Below are positions 19,419 to 30,210 of a stretch of 64,000 nt of DNA, piece after piece. The stretch is taken from contig NIVC01002209.1 in assembly GCA_002269645.1 (NCBI GenBank), positions 62,001 through 126,000 of the forward strand, read 5' to 3'. Within the stretch, counting starts at the first letter, position 1. The number at the start of each line of letters is the position of its first letter. This stretch comes from Macrostomum lignano (lineage: Eukaryota). The position numbers and the translations under genes were made by a program. The notes under the pieces were generated by a model. It ran no database searches. It saw only the letters and a list, made by a program, of their open reading frames with translations, and was not told the origin of the DNA.

Positions 19419-20449
19419 AGCTAACCGGCAGGCTAACTAACCCGCTGCCACCAGTCCGTGCGCCCCGGCTCACCAAACCAGAGCTATCGAAATCGGACTT
19501 CCGACTAGAAGGGCACTGCACTTACCTGCCATCTAGTGTCTTTTAGCTGTCTATCTCGAAGTCATAGTCGAATAGAAGGGACACTGCTGGGACTAAGATC
19601 GCATTGGCCATGCAGGGACTGAGAGGACTTTTGCAGGGAGTTCTTGCGCTGGCGAGCCTCATACACTACTAAATGTACTACTTCATTACCAAATTTCCAG
19701 AAGTACATGTATAAGTGCACGTAACTGCACACGTTTGGCACTAAATGTGTTAACACGTCGACAGATAGCGATGATCGCAATAAGTGAAAAATTCATCTCG
19801 CTTGGAGGGTGGAACTTTTGACTGTTGCTGAGTATGTTTTTACATACATGTACAGTTTTGCGGCCAGGGGCGATTGTCGCACACGTCAAGGGACACTCGT
19901 ACATGTATCCAATGCCATCGAATGGCTCAGAACTTTCGTAGTGCCCTCATACATCTGGACAAGGATCCATGCCCGAATGACCAGCTACATGTATTCCCTG
20001 CACACCGGAGGCGCCGTGGAAACAAGGCGGCCCAATCAGCTACTCAGCCCAATTTAAAAGCTGTGTTTGCAGCTCCCGTGAGATAGCAGCTGCATTATAG
20101 AGAAAATGATGGGGCTGCCGCCAGTAGTCAGGAATTAAAATTAACGCCACTCTCCATGGCATTTCGGCTCTCCATGCATTAACGGTGAGAGCAAATGAAC
20201 GTCGTTTTTGAATGATTTTGAGCGTACTTCTTTTTCATGCTCAATTTCAGTATCAGTTTAGTTTCAATTTAAAACACTTGCCTCGTTTTGAGGCCTGTTA
20301 ACCAGTTCCAAGGTCTACTACTTATCTCAATGTAAATGCAAATTCTCAGGCTTTATTTTTAGTGTGTTTTAGGCATATTTAGACGGCCACTCCGACATGG
20401 TACATGTAATTGGATTGAGCCTTGAAAGTACTCAGCAACATTATACATA

Positions 20450-21602
20450 AAGTGGCGCACAATGAATTAAGACCACCTAACACAAATTCGAACTTTTAGT
20501 TTCATAACCTTCACAGATTGTGGAAGCATTTAATCTAATCAGTTATAGATAACCGTGGTATCAATCAGTCAAATTATAGTTATGTGTTGTGTAATTACTC
20601 ACAATTGAGTCTGTTTAATTGAAGTCCTTATCTCACAATCGAATTTGATAAGTCACACAGTAATAAGATCACTTAATTAATTGGGCTAAAAGGTGCTACA
20701 ACAGTGGCCCTGCTGATTCCAAAGTCCAAAACATCCAAGTCCAAGTCCAAAACATCAAATTCAATACAACTCCAAGCAAAAATGATCTCGAACTCTCCTA
20801 GAATGGGAAAGGCAAAGCTCTATCGCCTGAATCGTGTAGGGAAATCAGGGCCCTGTTCGACCAAGGAGTTTCCCAGCGTGCCAAAGTCACGTACGCAGAA
20901 AACGTGCGTCCAGCAAGCACTCAGGCGCCACAGCAGCACTGGCTGTGCCTCAAGACCTGGCAGGGCACCGAAAACTGACCACCGACTGGATCGACGAATT
21001 GTGCGAATGCCCGAGTCCAACCGTCGGCTATACCGCAGTGGACATCAGCCGTGAACTTCAGGTGTCCAGTGGTGTCCAGCTGCACCCCATGACTGTCTGC
21101 CGCCGTCTGGTAGCTGCCGGACTGCATGGCCGCATTGCTAGGAAGAAGCCATTTATCTCCGACAAAAACCGGAAGCGGCGCTTGAACTGGGCGAAGCAAC
21201 ATGCAAGCTCTACACCCCAAGACTGGGGCCAAGGTCATCTGGAGTGATGAGAGCAAATTTTCCCGCACTGGTTCTGATGGTCGCCGGTATGTGCGCCACC
21301 GAGCTGGTGAGGAATTCGATTCCAGGTGCCCCGTTGGTTCCTTGAAGCATGGAGATGGCAATGTCATGGTGTGGGCTGCATTCTCCAGAGATGGACCTGG
21401 GCCAATAACTCGCATTGAGGGCATCATGGACAGAGGCTGTAGATGCGCTGCCATGCACTGAGTGCAGAGAACAGCTGCCAGTTTAAGCAGGACAACGATC
21501 CGAAGCACAACTCCAAGGCTGTGAAGACATGGCTTGCTGAGAACAACATCCGCACCATGGACTGGCAATCCGATTGAGAATCTGTGCAACTGGGTCGAGC
21601 GG
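20450..21602 (+). mobile_element. Decayed, 3'-truncated Tc1 transposon
   Basis: TA followed by (a)AGTGGCGCACAATGAATTAAGACCACC TIR. Frameshifted transposase with GRIARKKPFIS, WSDESKF, KHGDGNVMVWAAFS and QDNDPKH. It ends abruptly where the right arm begins. Confidence 0.92.
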
Positions 21603-21839
21603 GACTGGGTTCATAACTTGACTGAATGACGATATAGCTGCATGTGGATCTAATATCCCCACGATTACTAACCAAAGAAATAAAATGTCTAGCTTTTGAT
21701 GAGATTGTGAGACTACATGTACATACAGTATACACATGTATAAACTATACTAGACAAACAACTACACTACCAGCGTAGCTCGAATACACGTACACGTTGG
21801 TATACTTCAATCGGTCGAATAAATAGAAAAACCATCCTC

Positions 21840-22564
21840 CATCAACTCCGCCCCTTCGACCCCCCTCCATCAGCTCCGCCCCTACCACCCCCTCCAACAG
21901 CTCCGCCCCTACCGTCCCCCTTCATCAGCTCCACCCCTATCGCCCCCCTCCAACAGGTCCGCCCCCTCCAATTACAGGTCCGCCCTTACCACCGCCCCCC
22001 ATCAGCTCCGCCCCTACCGCCCCCATCAGCTCCGCCCCTACCGCCCCCCATCAGCTCCGCCCCTACCGCCCCCATCAGCTCCGACCCTACCGCCCCCCAT
22101 CAGCTTCGACCCTACCGACTCCCATCAGCTCCACCCCTACCGCCCCCCATCAGCTCCGCCCCTACCGCCCCCCATCAGCTCCGACCCTACCGACTCCCAT
22201 CAGCTCCACCCCTACCGCCCCCCATCAGCTCCGACCCTACCGACTCCCATCAGCTCCACCCCTACCGCCCCCCATCAGCTCCGCCCCTACCGCCCCCCAT
22301 CAGCTCCGACCCTACCGACTCCCATCAGCTCCACCCCTACCGCCCCCCATCAGCTCCGACCCTACCGACTCCCATCAGCTCCACCCCTACCGCCCCCCAT
22401 CAGCTCCGCCCCTACCGCCCCCCATCAGCTCCACCCCTACCGACTCCCATCAGCTCCGCCCTACCGCCCCCATCAGCTCCGCCTCTTCAAAAGCTCCGCC
22501 GCTACCGCCCCCATCAGCTCCGCCCCTCCAAAAGGTCCGCCCCAACGCCTCCCTTCATCAGCTC
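21840..22564. repeat. GC-rich ~24-26-bp minisatellite (CATCAGCTCCGCCCCTACCGCCCCC)n
   Basis: Tandem units. 633 bp of this array are missing from the left-arm counterpart. Confidence 0.93.
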
Positions 22565-23489
22565 CTCTACGACAAAGTAATGGTTAAACACAGCGTGCAG
22601 CTCTAAGACAGCGAATATACAGTTATCAACAAATCATTCTCTAGGAAACTTGATCGACACAAATAATTGGCACCAGTATTGCTTTCGACTATGTAAACGA
22701 GACTTGCGCCAATTCAAATAGGACGCCATACGAGATCTTTGCGAGTATTGCAAGACAACAGTGGCAGAAAAAGACTAGAGTGGGAAGTGAGTTGCTTGCT
22801 TCCTATTCAGGTTAGTATTTTGCGTTGGTCTAACTTAAGCCTGGGGCACAGACTGCGGTCAGGGAAAGAGCAGGGAAAGTGGAAGTAGGAAAAGTGACTC
22901 CAATTTTATTTACGTACCAAGATTTCCTTGGTTCTATCCGCGATCCGAAGATCAAATATACCAAGTCTGCGGAGCTCAGTCTGCTTTCCATATACTCGTA
23001 CCTTTGCTTGAGGAGCATTTGGATCAGTGAGGAGTCTGGCTAAAGTCTCGTTTCGATTGCCAAAAGCGATACAGTACATGTATTACATTACAATGTATTT
23101 CAAGCGATTAAAATGATCATTGCGCTATAAGTTGCATACAGATTCATATTGGGGCCACACAATGTGACATTATTGGCACAATGTTACGTCAATAAATGCA
23201 GAAGTATAGTATATAGTTGTAATACAGAAAAGCGACAATAGTTAGATAATGACATTGGAAATTGAATTTCGCGATAGTATTACACCAACGCCACACGGCA
23301 TTAACGCCGAACGAAAATGCACGGACTTGAAAGTAAACGATTTGCTTGGTTGCGTCGGAATTAAATCAGTAAATCAGTAAGAAGCATACGCTTTTTAAAT
23401 TGCGAGTACCCGGTATGCACCATCACAGTTCGCAGCTGGGCAAATTATTCTGAAGAGAAGAAGAATTACGATTTTATTAGCAGAGTTAC

Positions 23490-25470
23490 GAGAAGGGGAG
23501 CCGCCGGGGGAGGAGGGGTAAGGGAAAGAGGAGGGTATAAAAGGCTATTTAAAAACACTGTAGCAGACGGGTTATGCATGACACAGTAAGTAAAACAGAG
23601 AGGAGGGAAGAGCGTAACGAAGGCATAACCAAGGAGAGTAGAGGGTGGGCGCTGGAGTGGAGGAGAGGGAGGGCGCTGGAGTGGAGGAGAGGGAGGGCGC
23701 TGGAGTGGAGGAGAGAGAGGGCGCTGGAGTGGAGGAGAGGGAGGGAGCTGTGGTGGAGGAGAGGGAGGGCGCTGGAGTGGAGGAGAGGGAGGGCGCTGGA
23801 GTGGAGGAGAGGGAGGGAGCTGTAGTGGAGGAGAGGGAGGGCGCTGGAGTGGAGGAGAGGGAGGGCGCTGGAGTGGAGGAGAGAGAGGGCGCTGGAGTGG
23901 AGGAGAGGGTGGGCGCTGGAGTGAAGGAGAGGGAGGGCGCTGGAGTGGAGGAGAGGGAGGGCGCTGGAGTGGAGAAGAGGGTGGGCGCTGGAGGGGAGTA
24001 GAGGATGGGGGCTGGAAAGTAAAGGAAGAGAGGGTAGGGGCTAGAGAGGGGGAGGCGCTGGAGGTGGAAAGAGGGGATAGTAGAGGCTGGATAGTGAAAA
24101 GTATAACGCGGGAAGGAGAAGTAAAGGAAAAGCAGGATGGTATGGAGGGTATATGGAGGGTATGAATGGGTATAGAAGGGTATGGAGAGTATAGGGAGAG
24201 TATGGAGGGTATATGGAGGGCATAGAGGGTACAGGGAGGCCATGGGTGGGTATAGAAAAAGTATGGAGGGTATGGAGGGTATGGAGAGGTTATAAGGAGA
24301 GTATAGGGATGGTTTGGAGGGTATAGGGATGGTATGGAGGGTATAGGAATGGTATGGAGGGTATAGGGATTGTATGGAGGGTATAGGAATGGTATGGAGG
24401 GTATAGGGATGGTATGGAGGGTATATGGAGGGTATGAATGGGTATAGAAGGGTATGGAGAGTATAGGGAGAGTATGGAGGGTATATGGAGGGCATAGAGG
24501 GTACAGGGAGGCCATGGGTGGGTATAGAAAAAGTATGGAGGGTATGGAGGGTATCGAGAGGTTATAAGGAGGGTAAAGGGATGGTATGAAGGGTATAGGG
24601 ATGATATGGAGGGTATAGGAATGGTATGGAGGGTATAGGAATGGTATGGAGGGTATAGGGATGGTATGGAGGGTATATGGAGGGTATGAATGGGTATAGA
24701 AGGGTATGGAGGGTATAGGGAGAGTATTGAGGGTATATGGAAGGCATAGAGAGTACAAGGAGGCCATGTATGGGTATAGAAAAAATATGGAGGGTATGGA
24801 GAGTATAGGGAGGGTATAGAGGGTATAGGGAGAGTATTGAGGGTATAAGGAGGGTATAGAGAAGGTATGCAAGGGTGTAGAGAGGTATGGATGGATATAG
24901 GAAGTGTATGGAGGGCATAAGGGGTACAAGGACGATATGGAAGGTAAAGGGAGGGCATGAAGAGTATATGGAGGGCATAAGGGGTACAGGGAGGGTATGG
25001 AGGGTATAGAAAGGGTATAAATGGGTATAGGAATGGTATGGAGGGTATAGGGAGGGCATAAGGGATATAAGGAGGTATGGAGGGTGTAAAGAGGTATTGA
25101 TGGATATAGGAAGAGTATAGAGAGATATGGATGGGTATAGGAAGGATATGGAGGGTATGGAGAGATATAGGCAGGGCATGGAGGACATATTGAGGGAGGG
25201 TATAAGGGTATAGAGGGTATAGGAAGGGTATGGAAGGTATAGGAAGGGTATGGAGGGTATAGGAAGGGTATGGAGGGTATAGCGAGGGTATGGAGGTACA
25301 AGGAGGGTATATAGGGAGGGTATAAATGGGTATAGGGAGAGTATAGAGTATGGAGGGTATAGAGAGATATAGGGAGAGTATACAGAGTATAGGAAGGTAT
25401 AGAGTGTACAGAGGGTATATAGAGAGCATTAGGGTATAGGGAAGGGGTATGGAGGATGTAGAGAGATAAA
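23490..25470. repeat. Purine-rich mirror of 15125-17100 (right arm)
   Basis: Reverse complement of the left-arm tract. Confidence 0.93.
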
Positions 25471-27472
25471 GATGGATATATGAAGAGTATGGAAGGTACA
25501 GGGAGAATATAGGGAGGGTATAAAAGGTATATAATTCTGCATCTAAAAAAATTGTTTCTTGGGTAAAAAACAAAGCAAATTAGCAAACCTATTAAAAAAT
25601 AACTAGTCATTATTCCCTTAAGCTATGTTAGCTATGGAAATTTTGCATTTAAAACTAAAACCTAAAATAGTCTAAAACCTATAGACTATTTTATCCCTAA
25701 GCCAATTTGGTCATAGATTATTTAAACAATTTTAATTACCAATCCAAGGCAACAAATATTAATTAACAAAACTAGCATATAAACATAGATTTATATTATA
25801 AGTAACCATTAAATTTTATAATTTTTTAGAACTATAATATGAAAATGGTTAAATAACATAATCTTACCTAATGCTATATAAATATATAGATATATCATAA
25901 TTAAATAATAATATAACCTTGTATAGGCCTAGCTATACTAGGCCTAGACTTTGATAAAATAAATGTTTGCAGGAAAGAAAAGTCTAGATACAAAATATCT
26001 ATGATTATGGCCACAATAATTTTGGGGCAAAAACAAAATTTAAATAACAAAAATGAGAATATAGTCAAAACATTCTTATTTTATAAATGTAGGCCTGGCC
26101 TAATGGACTTTTTTATGCTAGAAATTAACCATTTAATTTTTGTTTGGTTTTAAAAAATAAAATGCTTTGATATTAAAAGCTTATTATTATCCCCATGCTC
26201 CATGCATTAAAACTTGATTTATTTGGTAGGCCTATATTTAATGATCAATGTGCTTCCCAACCCCATCAAGTTTGATTTTAATTTTTCTAGGCCTAGGCCC
26301 CTATGCCAATTGTTAAATAGGTTGTAAATTAGGCCTATCAAATAAAAAATCAAAGTACCTTAGTAATCTGCAATCACCCCATTCCAAATTTTCTAGATCC
26401 CAATCTGAAATGAAACCAATAGAATAGGTCTAGTCTAGTCTAGTCAGTGTGGCACTGTGGCAGAACCAGGTAGTAGGCCTAACGATGATGATATGATATA
26501 TTTTAATGATATTCTGACAATCCATCTATCTAGGCTAGGCCCCTAAGTCATATCTAATATCCATATCTGTATTTTAGGGATCGCAGTCGCAGTCAGCTTA
26601 AACAAGCCTGCTGCTGGCACTTGTACTCAAAATTAAGCATATTCAAAATTGATGATGTATCGAAAGTTGCTTTAGGAATAACTAACTCTGTACAGTGAAA
26701 TGTATGTAACTCCCGTTTTTTTTATAAACGAATAGAAAGCAATACTATTCAGTTGTGATTAGGCTACAATATTGAATTTTGACGGTACTAGTTTGTTTGT
26801 CATTGTGCAGGCAATATGTACGAGTATCCAGCATGCAGTAAAGGCAACCAGCATGCAGGATATGCATGTTTATCGTACCTAAAATTGTGCTGAATTCGCG
26901 TATAAACTGCTGACACGGGTGCCAGACCATAGCGAAAACCATGCAAAACGAATGCTTCTAAGGCTATACCGAACATGTAGGCCTTGTAAAGCACTGATAT
27001 ATTATTATATCTGACCACTCGCTTATGGTAGGTAGGCCCCTAGCTTATGGTATTTTGGAACTGCTTAGCACATGCCATGCTGTAGCATGTGGTATGTGAA
27101 TTATATTCTAATATAATTCACATATGATTATATGAACTAATATATAGCCAATGTGAATTCTGTGGTTTAGTAAGGTCACAATTAGGTAGATAGTTAATAG
27201 CTTAAAATACATGGCAAATTACTTTAATTTGGCCTACAAGGCCTACATTAGTATATATACAGGCCCTATCCTATAGACCTATCTCTATCATTGGCCTAGA
27301 TGGAAGTAATAGTCCTGCCATACTATTTCAGTTTTTTATACTTCAAGTAATTTAGCCTACTATGAATTTTTTGTATCTTTATTTGCCTTTCTCTCCTTGT
27401 CTTATATAGCAACTTTAAATTATATAAATCTAGGTTAGCAAGTCAGAGCTAAGCTTTCTATATGACTATAAT

Positions 27473-28023
27473 GGCAATCCTACACTTCCGTTCGGTAAAT
27501 TATTTTCACATTTGAATGCGTACCACCGAGTCAAATGACGTCGATTGGCAATGTGTCTATGGCCAAAAGTTTGAGCGAACAGAGTTTAAAGGGGTGTCAG
27601 TTTAAGGGAGCTGTTGCTTGTGAGCTGCTTGTTTTATTGAGCTTCAATTTCTCATATCTTCCAGTCTTCATTGCCATGGAGACATGTCCACACCAACACC
27701 ATGGAGGGCACATGGGCCCACGCGAAGCGCAAGATCTGCAACATGCATGGCATAAGCGACGCTCTCTTCGATGCACACATTGAGGAATTTCTCTGGCGTC
27801 GTCTGTATCCCCAATGTCCATTTGGGGCTATCCTGTACTGGATTGGACATTACTATCCATTGTAGACACCTTAATGACCTGCAGACACTCTAAGTGACTA
27901 TGCGCTCTAACAGACTGCTACCATGTTCCACTGTTTTAGTTTTGTTTGGTTACATTGTTATTTACCACGCCTGTTCAAAATTCAATGTCAAAATAATTTA
28001 CCAAACGGAAGTGTAGGATTGCC
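27473..28023 (+). mobile_element. Non-autonomous Merlin (IS1595/ISXO2-like) DNA transposon
   Basis: 34-bp TIR GGCAATCCTACACTTCCGTTyGGTAAATTATTTT (1 mismatch) and 8-bp TSD ACTATAAT. Internal fragment HVHTNTMEGTWAHAKRKICNMHG...IEEFLWRR (27671-27865) matches the ISXO2-like HTNxIEGxW motif. Confidence 0.92.
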
Positions 28024-28059
28024 ACTATAATTAATTATATTATATGCAGTTAAAAAAAT

Positions 28060-30210
28060 AAATTTAAAGAATTAATTCTCCCCACTTTTCTTCTTACCCC
28101 TATATTCCTCTCCCCTATATCTCCTTACCCCTATACTATACTCCCTCTCCTTTATTATCCTCTCTTTCTTTAGGGGCCTATTCTCCCTGGCTTTTCTACC
28201 TTTCCTTTGCTCTGACCACTCTTGTCTACTTTCTCCTGCCCTCTTTTCCACACTTTATCTCAATCACTTTCCTTTGCTCTCCAATGCTCTCTATCTCTCC
28301 CCTATTCTACCCTTGCTTCCCCATTCTTCCCCCTCTCTCCAAGTCTCTTTTTCTCTCTTCTCTCCCTACACTATATTGCTTGCCCATTCTCTTCTCTCCC
28401 CTAGTCCCCCCTTCCCTCACTTCTCCCTTTTCTTTCTCTACATTGCTTATCCATTCTTCCCCTCTCCCTCAGTTTTCATCTCTCCCTCTACTCTACCCTA
28501 CTCACCTATTCTCCCTCTCTCCCCTAGGCTCTAATTCCCCCTCTTCCCCATCCTTATTCTACACTGTTCCCTTACTCTTTCTTCTATTATCCAGTCTGCC
28601 TTTCTCCTCCCCCTTAAACCTACTCTTCACTACTCTCCTACCCTCTCCCTCTTCTAGAGCTGTCAAAATTAGAGATTTTATTCGAGACGAGATTCGAGAC
28701 GAGAAAGGCTTATAAGTCGAGAATTTCAAGACGAGACAAGACAAAGTAAATCTAAAAAATATATTTCAGAATTGCATCTTGTCTTGCTCTTATCTTGCCT
28801 TATCTTGTCTTAAATTTCTTGATAAGATACAATTCTAAAATATATTTTTTAGATTTTCCAGAATACTTTCTTAATTCTAGTTTAAATTCTTTGCTATTTA
28901 TTTATAAGAATTTATGCTTGTAGCATATAGGCCCTTGGCCCTACTATGTCTATTACTAATTTGTCAAAAGACCTGTGTAGATTGTCTTCAAGTCTGCTAT
29001 GATACACCTTGCTGCAGAACTGAAATGATAACTAAAAGAGCGCATATGCAATGCAAATTTGTATATAACAACGTTTTTTAAATAACTGCTTGACATTGGC
29101 TAGATTTTACCATTTGAAAATTTCCCTATCAAGCGTGTTACAACAAACAGTTGTATTTATATGAAAATTTGCTCCCTTTTTATATCTTATCACTTAAAGG
29201 CTTTTGAAAAAAGGTATCAGAAAAATTCTTGAATCTTGTCTCGAATTTCTTGACAAAATTTCGAGATTTCTCGAGACGAGAAAAAATGTCGAGATCTTGT
29301 CTCGAATCTTGTCTCGTCGAGATCTCGTGATAGCTCTACCCTCTTCCCACTCTCCCCTGCTATCCCCTTACTCTCCTCCATTCTCTTCCAGACCCTCTCT
29401 CCCCTCTTCCCCCCTCTTGCTACTCTTCACTGCTCCCCTACTCACCCTCTCTTTCAGCTTTCCCCTGCTCTCCCCTTGCTCTCCCCCTTTTCCCCTACTA
29501 TATCCCTGCTCACTCCCACTCTCCCCCTTTCTACCAGTCCCCCCTCTCTCCTACTACCCCTCTGCCCCTCTCCCTACTCTACCCCTCTCCCCTTGCTCCC
29601 CACTCTACCCCTGCTCTCCACTAGTCCCCCTTTCCCCCTCTCCCCTCTTCCTCCTCTCCCCCTCTTCCCCTCTCCCCTCTTCCCCTCTCCCCTTCCTTCC
29701 CCTCTCCCTACTCTACACTGCTCCCTCTTTTCCCCCGCCTCCCGCTCTCCCCTACTCTACCCCCTTGCCACCACCTCTCCCCATCCACCTCTCCCTCCCA
29801 CTCACTCTACCCCCATCCCCCACTCACCCTCTCCCTCTCTCTACTCTATATCGCTCCCCACTCTCCCCCTCTTTCTGCTCTCCTCTGCTTATCCTCTCTT
29901 CTTTGTTCTCTGCAGCTCTTCTCCGCTCTCTGCAGCTCTTCCCTGCTCTTCCCCACTCTCCTCTGATCTTCCCCACTCTACTCCGCTCTTCTCCACTCTC
30001 CTCCGCTCTCCCCCCTCTTCCCTGCTCTTCCCCTCTCCTTCGCTCTTCCCCACTCTCCTCCACTCTTCCCCCTCTTCCCCGCTCTTCCCCACTCTCCTCC
30101 GCTCTTCTCCACTCTCCTCCGCTCTTCTCCACTCTCCTCCGCTCTTCCCCACTCTCCTCCGCTCTTCCGCCCTCTTCCCCGTTCTTCCCTACTCTCCTCT
30201 GCTCTTCTCC
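28060..30210. repeat. Pyrimidine-rich low-complexity tract interrupted by a hAT MITE
   Basis: CT-rich strand at 28060-28654 and 29339-30210. Confidence 0.9.
28655..29338. mobile_element. Non-autonomous hAT element (MITE)
   Basis: TIR TAGAGCTGTCA/TGATAGCTCTA, 8-bp TSD CCCTCTTC and subterminal GAGACGAG/TCTCG repeats. Confidence 0.88.

Larger units (their letters stand above)
12124..26921. mobile_element. Giant foldback structure: inverted arms 12124-18356 and 21603-26921, 3.2-kb spacer, apparent 8-bp TSD
   Basis: The arms are near-identical reverse complements; mirrored ORFs in the track (e.g. 17572+/22830-, 18222+/21483-) confirm this. The termini are CACCCGTGTCAGCAG.../...CTGCTGACACGGGTG. 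GCCAGACC occurs at 12116-12123 and at 26921-26928, where it shares the terminal G. Confidence 0.8.

Noticed and set aside
12124-26921. Assembly artefact (foldback chimeric read) as the explanation for the inverted arms
   Set aside because: The arms differ by a TSD-bounded insertion, a microhomology-bounded 633-bp indel, an 8-bp duplication and SNPs, and they are flanked by a direct repeat. An artefact is unlikely but not excluded without reads.
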